A DNA stretch of 64,000 nucleotides. Source: Candidatus Kryptoniota bacterium. Lineage in GTDB: Bacteria; Bacteroidota; Ignavibacteria; Kryptoniales; JAKASW01. Below the pieces are notes generated by a model. That model was not told the origin of the DNA and made no database searches. It saw nothing but the letters and a program-made list of their open reading frames with translations. How positions within the stretch are numbered: position 1 is the first letter of the stretch; each line of letters begins with the position of its first letter. Both the position numbers and the translations under genes were made by a program. The stretch is taken from NCBI GenBank assembly GCA_046706365.1, contig JBJKPN010000185.1:1113-65112 (forward strand), given 5' to 3'. Of this stretch, positions 17,533 through 27,093 are shown piece after piece.

Positions 17533-19815
17533 TCAATAACCGATCTTGCCGGTCGGCTGCGCAACCGCCCGCTGGTTCGGTCCCGTATGGACATTGCAAA
17601 CGGGCGGAAGATATTTTGCGTTGAAGATGGCCGGGACTTTGTCCGGACAAAACTCCGTCGCCAGCATTCCGGTCTGGGCGCATATCATCCGCGTAACGAC
17701 TCCTTCGGGCTGGACAAATGAAGTGATAGGAAGCCCGATGTCTCTATCGGCGTACACGTCTCTCATAAATATTGCCCAGATTGGCGCAGCCGCCCGTCCT
17801 CCCTGTCCGTCCCAGTTTGTAAAATGAACGCGATCATCGTCGAAACCTACCCAAACGCCTGCAACCAACTGCGGCGTGTACCCAATGAACCAGGCATCGC
17901 CATAGTCCTGGGTCGTTCCCGTCTTTCCCGCGCAGTCCTGAGTGAAGTAATTCCTTACACGGGCGCCCGTTCCCCCGTCTATCACTCCTCTCAGCATATC
18001 TGTCATCAGGTAGGCAGTCTGCGGACTTAGTACCTCTGTAGACTGGGCATGGTTCTCATAAATAACGTTGCCGTTTTTGTCCTCTATCTTCAGAATCGAG
18101 ATCGGCTTGGTTAGTATACCGTCGTCGGCAAATATGCCGTAAGCGGAGGTGAGCTGGATAGGTATGACGAGTGCCGAACCTATCGCTATCGAAGGATAAG
18201 GAGGGATGTCCGTCGTAAGGCCCATCCTGTGTGCGTAGTCGATGACCTGGCTTATCGGGGCAATTGCGTCTCTTCCAAGAACCGCCCGAACCGCAACGAC
18301 GTTCACGGAATATTTCAGCGCATCTCTAATTGTAACTTCTCCGCTGAACTCACCGTCGGCGTTGCGGGGAGACCAACGAGTTCCGTCGGGGTTCACAACC
18401 GTGACCGGTTGGTTGAGAATTTTGTAGGAAGGAGCATACCCGTTGTCGATGGCGACGGTGTAAACGATGGGTTTGAATGCGGAACCAGGCTGCCTCGCAA
18501 TTTGAGTAACATGATTGAGGCCGTAGCGAAACTCCTTATAGTTCGACGAGCCGACCATTGCCTTGATGTATCCGGTTTTCGGATCTATGCAGACAAAACC
18601 GACCTGGATTCTCTGCTCCGCCTTCTTCACCGAATCGACAAATGCAACGCTCGAACGGAGCTGCTTGTAAATCGCGTTGCGTGCTTCGGCAGTTGCGGCG
18701 TCGCGGTAGTCGGGATAGTCTTTTATGGCCCTGTCCACGGCCGCCAGCAGGGTCGCCCGGTTGTCCTGCCACTTCCACTTTGTATCAAACCATTTTTGGT
18801 ATTCGGACAGATGCTGTGTAACGGCCTCGTCCGCGTATTGCTGCATCCTGGAATCGAGCGTCGTGTAAACGGTAAGACCGTCCCTGTAAATATCGAACCC
18901 GTATTTTTCCGCCATCTTCTCGAGCCGCTGCCTGACCATTTCGACAAACGAGGGGGCAAGCCCGGAAGAGGGGCTGTGGTACTTGATTCCGAGCGGAGTT
19001 CGTTTCGCAGCCTCATATTGAGCCTCTGTCAGTTTCCCGTCGTTGAGCATATTCCTGAGAACAACATTCCGGATGTCGAGCGCGCGTTTCGGGTGATTGA
19101 TGGGATCGAAAATGCCGGGCGACCGAAGCATGCCGATGAAAAGAGCTCCTTGAGGAAGCGTCAGGTCGGATGCAGATTCGTCGAAATACAACTGGGCGGC
19201 CGACTGAAGCCCGTATGCTCCCCGTCCGAAATAGACATCGTTCAGATACATCGAAAGGATCTCTTCCTTGGTGTAAGTCCTTTCGATTTGTATCGCGGTC
19301 AATGCCTCGCGGATTTTGCGCGTAATGTTGACTTCCTGATTCAAGTAGAGATTTCTCGCAAGCTGCTGGGTTATCGTGCTCGCTCCTTCCACAACGCGCA
19401 TGTGAACGAGGTCGATCAATGCCGCCTTGAAGATACGGATCGGATCGATTCCCCAATGCGAATAAAACTTCTTGTCTTCAGTTGCAATGAGTGCCTGAAC
19501 AACGTAGTGCGGAATTTCTTTGAGACTTATCAATGCCCGGTTCTTGAGATAGAATTGGTCGATCACCTGCCCGTCCGACGAGAGGACGCGAGTGGCAAGA
19601 TCCGGCTTGGGGTTTTCCAGCTCTTCGAGCGAAGGAAGGCCGGTTATAACGTAATAGCCGTACCCGATGAGAAGGACGATGATGGCCGACCAAATTCCGA
19701 ATTTCAGGGCTCGCCCCTCCCTGGAGTTTCTCTTCTTTTTCCTTCGCTGACTCTTCCTGTAGTCAGGGTCGTTGAAGTATCGCTCCATCTCCTCTTTCGA
19801 ATACCGCCACTTCAT
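17533..19815 (-). CDS. mrcA: penicillin-binding protein 1A (bifunctional glycosyltransferase/transpeptidase)
   Basis: 760 aa with an N-terminal TM anchor. GT51 motifs (ATEDKKFYSHWGIDP, GASTITQQLARN) and transpeptidase motifs SxxK (GSAFKP), SxN (YSVN) and KTG (GKTGTT). Confidence 0.85.
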   Translation of the reverse strand: MKWRYSKEEMERYFNDPDYRKSQRRKKKRNSREGRALKFGIWSAIIVLLIGYGYYVITGLPSLEELENPKPDLATRVLSSDGQVIDQFYLKNRALISLKEIPHYVVQALIATEDKKFYSHWGIDPIRIFKAALIDLVHMRVVEGASTITQQLARNLYLNQEVNITRKIREALTAIQIERTYTKEEILSMYLNDVYFGRGAYGLQSAAQLYFDESASDLTLPQGALFIGMLRSPGIFDPINHPKRALDIRNVVLRNMLNDGKLTEAQYEAAKRTPLGIKYHSPSSGLAPSFVEMVRQRLEKMAEKYGFDIYRDGLTVYTTLDSRMQQYADEAVTQHLSEYQKWFDTKWKWQDNRATLLAAVDRAIKDYPDYRDAATAEARNAIYKQLRSSVAFVDSVKKAEQRIQVGFVCIDPKTGYIKAMVGSSNYKEFRYGLNHVTQIARQPGSAFKPIVYTVAIDNGYAPSYKILNQPVTVVNPDGTRWSPRNADGEFSGEVTIRDALKYSVNVVAVRAVLGRDAIAPISQVIDYAHRMGLTTDIPPYPSIAIGSALVIPIQLTSAYGIFADDGILTKPISILKIEDKNGNVIYENHAQSTEVLSPQTAYLMTDMLRGVIDGGTGARVRNYFTQDCAGKTGTTQDYGDAWFIGYTPQLVAGVWVGFDDDRVHFTNWDGQGGRAAAPIWAIFMRDVYADRDIGLPITSFVQPEGVVTRMICAQTGMLATEFCPDKVPAIFNAKYLPPVCNVHTGPNQRAVAQPTGKIGY

Positions 19816-20549
19816 CTCTCAAATTCCCATTTCGCTAGTTGCATCTGGTTTCCGTCAAAGACCCCGTAGGTGAAATGCGACAGCCAGTCTCCCAGATTGA
19901 CATAGACTCCGTTTTCAAAACGTTCAAGCCTGGGGACATGGTTATGCCCCATCACGACGTAGTCAAATCCGTTCTTCAGATTCTTCTCCGCGTACAACAT
20001 CATTCCGTCAACTTCGCCGTAGTCCTTGCTGGTAGTGTATTCCCGGCTCTTCTTCGAAAATGCCTTTGCCATGCGGAATCCGACGTCGGGATGTATCCAC
20101 CTGATTACGGAGTTGACGAAATTGTTCCTTAACAGGCGTTTCAGGAATCTGTAACCGGAGTCCTTAACCGCGAGTCCGTCGCCGTGCACTACGAGAAACT
20201 TCTTTCCATTTATTTCTTCGGCAAAGCCGTCCTGATGCACGCGTAATCCAACCGATTTCGAAAAGAACTCGCCGAGAAAGAAATCGTGGTTCCCCGCCAC
20301 ATAGTCGATCGGAATTCCGTTATCTATCATCTGTTTAAATTCGGAGTAAATCCAGAAATAGTCCTTCGGTATTACAGACCTGTATTCAAACCAGAAATCG
20401 AACAGGTCTCCTACAATTATGATTCTGCTTCCATCATTGGCAACTTTACCCAAAAACTTCAATAGCTCAATTTTTCTCTCTTCTTCAAACTCGGGCTTCA
20501 GCGAAGGAGCGCCAAGGTGGACATCGGAGATGAAATAGACCGGCTTCAA
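19812..20549 (-). CDS. lpxH: UDP-2,3-diacylglucosamine diphosphatase
   Basis: 245 aa calcineurin-like metallophosphoesterase. Motifs ISDVHLG, GDLFDFWFEY, GNHD, VHGD and GHNH, with LpxH-typical length. Confidence 0.7.
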   Translation of the reverse strand: MKPVYFISDVHLGAPSLKPEFEEERKIELLKFLGKVANDGSRIIIVGDLFDFWFEYRSVIPKDYFWIYSEFKQMIDNGIPIDYVAGNHDFFLGEFFSKSVGLRVHQDGFAEEINGKKFLVVHGDGLAVKDSGYRFLKRLLRNNFVNSVIRWIHPDVGFRMAKAFSKKSREYTTSKDYGEVDGMMLYAEKNLKNGFDYVVMGHNHVPRLERFENGVYVNLGDWLSHFTYGVFDGNQMQLAKWEFER

Positions 20550-20993
20550 TTATCTAATTACCTTGAGTTCAACGCGCACGGTATCCGTCGCCATTCGACA
20601 CCATTTGTCCCGATCCGAGCAATACGTGTAGCGCAGGACAAATACTGCATCGTGCATCCCCGGGGTGAGGCCCTCAGTCTTACATTCGAGCACAACCGGC
20701 TGCGAGGCGTCAAGCATGTCGCCGGCGGTGTGCAAAGACGCAACTGTAATACTGACCCCTGCAGATTGCGACTCTGCGGATATTCGTGGCTCGGAATTAA
20801 TGTGGATGCCTGCAGCGGGCCGGAGTCGTAAGGCAAACTGAAAAGGCTTTCCGTTTTCCACTGTCACACTTGAAGACGGGAAGTCGATCACGACGTATTT
20901 CCCGGATTCAAATCCGACGCTCATAACTGCAAAACCGAACACAATTGCAACAAAAAGATTCCCTCTCAAGCAGACTCCGCTCTCTTCTTCCAC
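20550..20993 (-). CDS. hypothetical membrane-anchored/exported protein
   Basis: 147 aa with one N-terminal hydrophobic helix (LFVAIVFGFAVMSVGF) followed by a beta-rich domain. Tightly packed between the MFS gene and lpxH. No recognisable motif. Confidence 0.45.
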   Translation of the reverse strand: MEEESGVCLRGNLFVAIVFGFAVMSVGFESGKYVVIDFPSSSVTVENGKPFQFALRLRPAAGIHINSEPRISAESQSAGVSITVASLHTAGDMLDASQPVVLECKTEGLTPGMHDAVFVLRYTYCSDRDKWCRMATDTVRVELKVIR

Positions 20994-22228
20994 TCCACCT
21001 TGACCTGCTGAAGCAATATAAGGCCGCCGAGGAAGAATATCAGTACGGAGAGAACCGCGATCCGCTGGCTGCCGGTAAAGCTGGAAATGGCGCCGAAGGT
21101 AAGCGGACCCATGATGGCAGATGCATTGCCCGCTATCCCATCATAGAAGCCGAAAAATTCGGCCTCATGTTCCGGCGGAGTGAGAAGCGCCATGAAACTC
21201 CTGCTGCACGACTGTGACGAGCCGATTGCGATGCCTGCGAAAAGACCCACGATGTAAAACTGTGCCTTCGTCTGGATAAAGAATGCCGACAGTACGACTG
21301 CAATCCAGATTACCAGCGTAATATTGATGCTCGGCTTCGGCCCCCAATGATCGGTCAGTATTCCGAACACGATCGAACCGATAATCGCAGTCGTTTGGGC
21401 CACTATGAAAAAGACGACTACCTGGACTTCAGTAAATGCCAGAGTACCTCGCGCGTAAAGTGCAGCGAAGAATATTACCGTATTTACTCCATCAATATAG
21501 AGGAAGAAGGCCATGAGGAATCTGGAAAGTGATTTATACTGGCCAAGTCGTTTGAATGTTCTGACTGCCCTCCTGAATCCGAGACGGAAGTACGGAAGTC
21601 TGCGGCGATATCCTCCTGAATGGTCCCTGAGCCGGAGAAATGTCGGTAGGGAAAAAATTGCAAAGAAGCCCGCCACGATAAGAAAGCTTGTGCGGAAATT
21701 GACGAGGTTGGACGCGGCGAAACCTCCCTTTATAAACGGGAAGCAGATAGCCAGGATCGAGAGAGCGCCGAGATAGCCCATTCCGAATCCGTAGCCGGAC
21801 ACGCGGCCGTAGAGATGTCTCGGCGTAATCTCCGGAAGAAATGCGTCATAGAAAGTGTATCCCCCCTGAAAGCCGACATTTGCTGCAATGAAAACGAGCA
21901 TCGCGGGCAATATCATCCCCCTCTCTATCCAGTAGAGACCGGATGTAGCAATGATACACAGCGCGGCGAACGCGAGCAGGAATCTTTTCTTCTTTCGCGA
22001 GTAATCGGCCGCGGCACCGAGGACCGGGGAAAGTGCGGCTGCGATTATCATGGATAGGCTGTCCGCGAGTCCCCAGTAGAAGTCGCCGTGACCTGTACCC
22101 GCTGCAACGATTTCCCTGAAGTACAGTGCGAATCCAACCGTCTTGATCATTACCGAGAATGAAGTGCGTGCGTAATCGAATATCATCCAGGTGAATATCG
22201 TTAAGCGAGAGTAGCGATCCCCCATCAC
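20966..22228 (-). CDS. MFS transporter (UMF1/Atg22-like family)
   Basis: 420 aa with about 12 TM helices and a typical MFS loop between TM6 and TM7 (RRRLPYFRLGFRRAVRTFKRL). Confidence 0.75.
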   Translation of the reverse strand: MMGDRYSRLTIFTWMIFDYARTSFSVMIKTVGFALYFREIVAAGTGHGDFYWGLADSLSMIIAAALSPVLGAAADYSRKKKRFLLAFAALCIIATSGLYWIERGMILPAMLVFIAANVGFQGGYTFYDAFLPEITPRHLYGRVSGYGFGMGYLGALSILAICFPFIKGGFAASNLVNFRTSFLIVAGFFAIFSLPTFLRLRDHSGGYRRRLPYFRLGFRRAVRTFKRLGQYKSLSRFLMAFFLYIDGVNTVIFFAALYARGTLAFTEVQVVVFFIVAQTTAIIGSIVFGILTDHWGPKPSINITLVIWIAVVLSAFFIQTKAQFYIVGLFAGIAIGSSQSCSRSFMALLTPPEHEAEFFGFYDGIAGNASAIMGPLTFGAISSFTGSQRIAVLSVLIFFLGGLILLQQVKVEWKKRAESA

Positions 22229-22692
22229 GACTTCTTTTTCGTAGATGAATTTATCAGACCTCGTCCGCTTTTCTGAACTCTCCCGTCGGAAGCCAGCCTC
22301 TTCAACGCCGCGTCGAGTATGCCGTTCACAAACTTCGGACTCTCCTCGGTGCTGTATCTCTTTGCCAGCTCTATTACTTCATTGATGGTGACCTTGGTGG
22401 GAATCTCCATCGAATAAAGGATTTCGGCAATCCCCATGCGGAGGAGACTGCGATCTATCGGATTCACCCTGGTTATATCCCAGTGTTCAAGATGCTGCTG
22501 AAGGATTGCGTCGAGACCGCTCAGGTTTTCAAGCGTATCGCGGTAGAGCTTCCGGGCGAACTCCAGTGCCGGTTCATCCTGAATATCCTTGAATATGTCG
22601 GAACTCAGGAATTCCGGAGAAGTCCGCGACATGTCATAAGCATAGAGCGCCTGAAGAACGCGCTCCCTGGCCAGCCTCCTTTGTGAAGTCAT
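22225..22692 (-). CDS. nusB: transcription antitermination factor NusB
   Basis: 155 aa. The sequence RLARERVLQALYAYDMS...R.LLRMGIAEILY...P..V.INE.IELAK is the NusB pattern. Confidence 0.85.
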   Translation of the reverse strand: MTSQRRLARERVLQALYAYDMSRTSPEFLSSDIFKDIQDEPALEFARKLYRDTLENLSGLDAILQQHLEHWDITRVNPIDRSLLRMGIAEILYSMEIPTKVTINEVIELAKRYSTEESPKFVNGILDAALKRLASDGRVQKSGRGLINSSTKKKS

Positions 22693-22740
22693 ATTCTACA
22701 AACCCAATTTAATTGCCGATACAGATTCCTTACACACATT

Positions 22741-23670
22741 CTATGCACCGAACATCAAATACACCTGGAGAGCCGCCGACTCGCGCATCCGGTAATAGAT
22801 CTCACTGGGCAGGAACATCCGGTAGCCACTCGCCATCCCCTTAACCCTCGCGTCCTGCCATCGGCACATGAGCAACACACGCGGTAGATGCCAGTTGTCG
22901 CTGACAATCACAATTTTCTTCAAGTGCAATGAGTCGATGAGCACATTCTTGACGTAGTCAACCTGGTCCGGCGTACTGAGTGTACTCCGGTCCTTTATGA
23001 TATCGCGACCGCTTATTCCATTTTCACGAAGGTACGCAGCTTCCACTTCCGACTCAACGGTTCCGAATCGCCTGGTCCCTCCGGTCACGACGATTTTCCG
23101 GGCCAGGCCCTTCTTGAACAGCTTCATCGCCCTGTCCAGTCTCCCTCTCAGAAGCGGGCTTGGTCTGTCCTTTCCCCAGACCGAAGCTCCAAGCACGACT
23201 GCAGCGTCCATTTTCGAGTGGCCGTTGTAGCTCTCCGTGTCGAGGAATGTGTAAAGGAACCCAATGACCGAGAGGGCGATAAAAACAATTAAAGTCGTGC
23301 TGAATATTCTGGCCGCGCCTGCGCGTCTGGAGGACGTAGTGACGATAGCCGTGGAAAGCTGGAACAGGAGAGCCCCGTACCCCAGAATTGCCGCCTCATC
23401 CCTGAAATTGCCTTGATGGTAGATGTAGAGTGAACTCAGGAGGAAGAGAAATGCCAGGAGAAAGAGAAATGAGATCCGGAATTTGCCGAATTTCCTGAAG
23501 CCTAGTTCGATAAGCATGACGATGATGAGGACCGACAGACCCAGAGGCAGGTTTTGAGGGCTGACTAATCCGCCCTTCAGATGTTCGGCCGACGCCCTGT
23601 CGGAGAATATTTTCAGGGCAGCCGCGGCATCAAGCATCGCGGTCGCGTGCAAAAGAACTCTAGGTCTCAA
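22741..23670 (-). CDS. DUF218 (YdcF/SanA/ElyC-like) membrane protein
   Basis: 309 aa with N-terminal TM helices followed by a DUF218 core (AAVVLGASVWG...PSPLLRGRLDRAMKLFKKGLARKIVVTGG). Confidence 0.7.
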   Translation of the reverse strand: MRPRVLLHATAMLDAAAALKIFSDRASAEHLKGGLVSPQNLPLGLSVLIIVMLIELGFRKFGKFRISFLFLLAFLFLLSSLYIYHQGNFRDEAAILGYGALLFQLSTAIVTTSSRRAGAARIFSTTLIVFIALSVIGFLYTFLDTESYNGHSKMDAAVVLGASVWGKDRPSPLLRGRLDRAMKLFKKGLARKIVVTGGTRRFGTVESEVEAAYLRENGISGRDIIKDRSTLSTPDQVDYVKNVLIDSLHLKKIVIVSDNWHLPRVLLMCRWQDARVKGMASGYRMFLPSEIYYRMRESAALQVYLMFGA

Positions 23671-23688
23671 ATGAAATTAAAGATTTAG

Positions 23689-23711
23689 TTCGTCTCTGTT
23701 TTCGAGACGAA
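23689..23711 (-). terminator. hairpin downstream of the ECF operon (possible terminator)
   Basis: TTCGTCTC-(7 nt)-GAGACGAA, a perfect 8-bp stem 47 nt after the stop at 23758. The tail CUAAAUCUUUAAUUU is only moderately U-rich. Confidence 0.35.
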
Positions 23712-23757
23712 ATTTAAGTCAAGAAGGCGGGATTTAAAAGGGGTAGAAAATATGCGT

Positions 23758-24330
23758 TCAGCGGCCGCGCATCCTCATTCCGCGTTGCATCATCATGAAT
23801 CTGATCCTCTGCCGAATTTCCCGGTCAAAACGCTGCTCAAACACCATATACTTTGCTATCTCGGTTGGAGAAAGAATATCTCCGAGCGATTTGATAAATC
23901 TCATATGGGTATTTGCCAGTTCATTATCCAGGCTCAGGACATGCTTTACATGGTCCCGTATCACCGGATCGGCTGCGTGACTGTCCACGGCAGAATCGAG
24001 TGAGTTGATCGCCGTCTTTCTCTCGCTGGTAATCGAGCGCATTTCCTGGTTGTATTTGTTATACAAAGGAAAGAATTTTTCTGCTTTCGCGGTCGGTAAA
24101 TTCATTTCCTTTGTCATCTGCCATATTTTTATCTGCTCGAGCTGTCTGCGAACTTGCGTATCTGCCTGGCCGTCAATCTGCCCATGATCCTCAGGACCAC
24201 GGCCAGACATCATGGGCCTTCCTCCTGAACCCGGGGGAGGTAGTGGTATCGACTGGCCCATTATTCCCTGTGCCATCCCTGATACGGAAAGGAACAATAT
24301 CGAACAAAACGTAACAATGATCTTCTTCAT
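23758..24330 (-). CDS. periplasmic helical protein, Spy/CpxP-like (tentative)
   Basis: The start is taken at Met43 of the track ORF (ATG 24330, GAGAGGA upstream). It gives the signal peptide MKKIIVTFCSILFLSVSGMA-QG. The mature part is helical and Q/R/M-rich. Third gene of the sigma/anti-sigma operon. Confidence 0.55.
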   Translation of the reverse strand: MKKIIVTFCSILFLSVSGMAQGIMGQSIPLPPPGSGGRPMMSGRGPEDHGQIDGQADTQVRRQLEQIKIWQMTKEMNLPTAKAEKFFPLYNKYNQEMRSITSERKTAINSLDSAVDSHAADPVIRDHVKHVLSLDNELANTHMRFIKSLGDILSPTEIAKYMVFEQRFDREIRQRIRFMMMQRGMRMRGR

Positions 24331-24340
24331 GACATTCCTC

Positions 24341-24916
24341 TCAATTCGAAAAACTGCTGCTCGAGTAATAAGCGGCATCGAGCGCTTCGGCAGAATCGCC
24401 GACGGAGCTCCATAAGGCGTTAACGATGGCCTGCTGCAGCGAGTCGTCAACCGCATCCATTTCGTCCAGCTCCCTTGCCTGGGAGGAAATCGCGTTGACG
24501 TAGTTAATATTCATGCTAGGTAGTGCAACGGCCTGCTGCGGTGAAATCGTTGAAGTCAACGCGGCAACGTTCTGCGGAGGAATTGTCGACTTATTATGTG
24601 AGAATTCCAGGATTCCCACCGCCGCAACGAGCATCAAGACTGCCAGTGCACCGGCAAACACGGGCACCCTGCTCCTGGCCGAAGCAGGATGAGACACACG
24701 CTCCATGATCGACAGGTGCAGCTCCTGCCAGAACGAATCCGGGTATTCCTCGACTTCGATCTCTCCAAGGAGGCGGATCGGCTCCCTCATGCTTTCGAAT
24801 TCGCTCCTGCATTTCGGACACATGTCGAGATGGTATTCGACAGACCTCCTGAGATTTGGCTCGATCTTCCCGAGTATGTAATCCGGAAGGTTCAGGACGA
24901 TATCATCGCATCGCAT
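24341..24916 (-). CDS. anti-sigma factor (zf-HC2 type, single-pass membrane)
   Basis: 191 aa with the N-terminal H-x3-C-x2-C motif (HLDMCPKC) and a central TM helix (VPVFAGALAVLMLVAAVGIL). It overlaps the ECF sigma gene by 14 nt. Confidence 0.7.
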   Translation of the reverse strand: MRCDDIVLNLPDYILGKIEPNLRRSVEYHLDMCPKCRSEFESMREPIRLLGEIEVEEYPDSFWQELHLSIMERVSHPASARSRVPVFAGALAVLMLVAAVGILEFSHNKSTIPPQNVAALTSTISPQQAVALPSMNINYVNAISSQARELDEMDAVDDSLQQAIVNALWSSVGDSAEALDAAYYSSSSFSN

Positions 24917-25454
24917 TTTTCAAATACTCCCCTATTTTCTTCATAGCATGGAAATAGTTTGCTTTCATGGCTCCCAGAGACCTGTGCATCATCTGCGCGA
25001 TTTCCTCGTACGAGAGTTCTTCATAGAACCTCAGAACGAAGACCTGTTTCTGCTGCACCGGAAGCGACTCCACTGCCGCTGCGACAAGCCTTTTCAATTC
25101 CGATCTGTCCGCCTCGCGCTGAGGTTCATTTCCGCCTGATAACATGTTCGATATCACTTCGTCAAGTCTTACGACTGCTCTTACTTTTCTTTTTCTCAGA
25201 TAACTAATGGCGACGTTCGTTGCAATCCGGTATATATACGTGTAGAGATTTGCGTCGCCGCGAAATTTTCTCAGGGAGTCGTGAAGCTTGATGAAAACTT
25301 CCTGCGTGGCATCGGCAGTTTCCGCGTCATCATTCAACATCCTTTTTATGATGAAGAATACTCTCTTTTCATACCGATTCACCAGTTCGCCGAAAGCTCT
25401 GTCGTTTCCCTCTTTTACCTTCTCTACTAATTCCAGGTCGTTTTCGTTCTGCAT
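24903..25454 (-). CDS. ECF (sigma-24/RpoE-type) RNA polymerase sigma factor
   Basis: 183 aa with sigma70 region 2 (..AFGELVNRYEKRVFFIIKRML...YIYRIATNVAISYLRK) and region 4 (LSYEEIAQMMHRSLGAMKANYFHAMKKI). Confidence 0.85.
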   Translation of the reverse strand: MQNENDLELVEKVKEGNDRAFGELVNRYEKRVFFIIKRMLNDDAETADATQEVFIKLHDSLRKFRGDANLYTYIYRIATNVAISYLRKRKVRAVVRLDEVISNMLSGGNEPQREADRSELKRLVAAAVESLPVQQKQVFVLRFYEELSYEEIAQMMHRSLGAMKANYFHAMKKIGEYLKNAMR

Positions 25455-25617
25455 TCAAAGGGCCCGGTCATTCAGCTTGGAGGGAATTTGTAGGCAAGCG
25501 GAATCTCAAACGCTTTCTGATTCTCAAAGCACCTCTTGGGTTGAATAGTTTCACTGGCTCTTGATCCTGAGTTAATTTCGAGATTATGACGCAAAAATAC
25601 CGAAAACGGTTTAAAAA

Positions 25618-25986
25618 TTACTCCTCAATTACGACTACAGCCGTGACGTAGTCTCCGGAGTGCGAAAGCGAAAGAAATATCCGTTTTTTGCGGAACAAAT
25701 CGAGAGAGGTTCCGCTCAGCCGCAGCTGGGGCCTCCCGCTCGGCTCGTTGATCACCTCGACCTCCTGCCAGGAGAAGTCGCTGTTCCAGCCTGTGCCGGC
25801 AGCTTTGCTGAATGCCTCTTTGGCCGCGAACCTCGCCGCGTAATGCTGATAGGGCTCGGGTTTCTCAGAGCAATATTTTAGCTCATTCGCCGTAAATATC
25901 TTGCCCGTAAAAGTCTCGCCGTAATCCTCAATGCTGCGCCGGATGCGGCTGACCTCGGTGATGTCTATCCCGACTCCTTCAATCAC
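25618..25986 (-). CDS. acpS: holo-[acyl-carrier-protein] synthase
   Basis: 122 aa. The sequence GVGIDITEVSRI...FT.NE..YC......HYAARFAAKEAFSKA....SLSHSGDYV is the AcpS pattern. Confidence 0.85.
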   Translation of the reverse strand: MIEGVGIDITEVSRIRRSIEDYGETFTGKIFTANELKYCSEKPEPYQHYAARFAAKEAFSKAAGTGWNSDFSWQEVEVINEPSGRPQLRLSGTSLDLFRKKRIFLSLSHSGDYVTAVVVIEE

Positions 25987-26665
25987 TTCTGTTTTCCTGT
26001 CTTATGAACCCGATCAATTCCTGGATATCGTTTGCCTCATAGTCACTCCCGGAAATTCCCGTATTGAAGGTATCTCCGTATCTGGCAAACACAGTTTTCA
26101 TTCCGACTTCCTTTGCCCCCGTTATATCACGTTCCGCCCAGTCACCTACCATCAGCGCTTCGTTTGGTTCAACCCCCAGTTTGTTAAGTGCAAGAGTAAA
26201 AGGGGCGGGATGCGGCTTGCGCTTCTTCGTATCTTCGAACGTGACGACCACGTCGAAAATGTGGTGCATGTTCAGGTAGGTCAGGCGAAGCCACGCTTCT
26301 CTCGCCGGAGCATCCGACACTACGGCGAGTTTCATTCCCATTTTTATCAGTTCATATAGAGTGATGTAGACATGAGGATACGGGACGAGGGCGGCTTCAC
26401 GTGCACGTCTGTAGGCGACCACACCGGCAGACAGGATCTTGTAATTCACACTGTCGAATATATCCGAGAGCAATGAATCGAACACATATTGAAACTCGAT
26501 TCCCTTCTCCTTGTAAATGGCATCTATCCGTCTCTTCACCTCTTCGTACGACAGGTCGAGTCCAGCGTCGATCATGGCTCTTATGGCCGCATCGATTGCT
26601 TCTCCCTTCATCTTCATGAAGTCGACCAGCGTATTGTCCAGATCGAATACTACGGCTTTGATCAT
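25979..26665 (-). CDS. HAD-superfamily hydrolase (phosphatase, subfamily IA)
   Basis: The start is taken at MIKAVVFDLDNTL (DxDxT motif). This ATG forms an ATGA overlap with the aroQ stop. Downstream motifs are VVSDA and MVGDWAERDI. Confidence 0.75.
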   Translation of the reverse strand: MIKAVVFDLDNTLVDFMKMKGEAIDAAIRAMIDAGLDLSYEEVKRRIDAIYKEKGIEFQYVFDSLLSDIFDSVNYKILSAGVVAYRRAREAALVPYPHVYITLYELIKMGMKLAVVSDAPAREAWLRLTYLNMHHIFDVVVTFEDTKKRKPHPAPFTLALNKLGVEPNEALMVGDWAERDITGAKEVGMKTVFARYGDTFNTGISGSDYEANDIQELIGFIRQENRSD

Positions 26666-27093
26666 TTCCTGGAAAGCTTTGTGAGTGCATAGGCCGCCGC
26701 GAAGTAGGAGTACTTGCCGAAGCCGGTTACCGTGGCCCTGCATATTTCCGAGATGACGCTCTTCCTGCGGAACTCTTCCCGGGAAAACACCTGCGACATG
26801 TGGACTTCCACCACGGGTTTATTAATAGCCGCGATGGCGTCTCTCAGAGCGTAGCTATAATGGGAGAGGGCGCCGGCGTTCAGTATTATGCCGTCGGCAC
26901 CGTTGATTCGGGCGGCATGAATCTTCTCGATGAGCTCACCCTCCGCGTTGGTCTGAAAGAAATCGAAATCGATAGCCGGGAATTCTTTTCGGAGTCCGGC
27001 GTTGATTTCGTCAAGCGTGTCGGTGCCGTAAACCTTCGGCTCACGCAGTCCCGTCAGATTCAGATTCGGCCCGTTTAACACCAGAATTTTCAT
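26662..27093 (-). CDS. aroQ: type II 3-dehydroquinate dehydratase
   Basis: 143 aa. The sequence MKILVLNGPNLNLTGLREPKVYG...FFQTNAEGELIEKIH...IILNAGALSHYS is the AroQ signature. Confidence 0.9.
   Translation of the reverse strand: MKILVLNGPNLNLTGLREPKVYGTDTLDEINAGLRKEFPAIDFDFFQTNAEGELIEKIHAARINGADGIILNAGALSHYSYALRDAIAAINKPVVEVHMSQVFSREEFRRKSVISEICRATVTGFGKYSYFAAAYALTKLSRK

Noticed and set aside
18229-19869. 546-aa plus-strand ORF
   Set aside because: It is antisense to the well-supported PBP1A gene and has R/V/G/P-rich low-complexity composition. The same reasoning applies to other long antisense ORFs: 4103..4924, 7738..8544, 28193..28720, 37058..38155, 45331..46032, 48757..49599, 50768..51718, 51734..52507, 54909..55487, 61507..62097, 61970..62626 and 62940..63560.
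23758-24456. N-terminal extensions of several track ORFs (23758..24456, 25979..26743, 27324..28109, 33953..34867, 39804..40835, 57431..57928, 57841..59304, 14695..15309)
   Set aside because: The extensions are R/S/G-rich, overlap the upstream gene, and precede an internal Met/TTG that has an RBS or a conserved family N-terminus. I therefore used the shorter coordinates.
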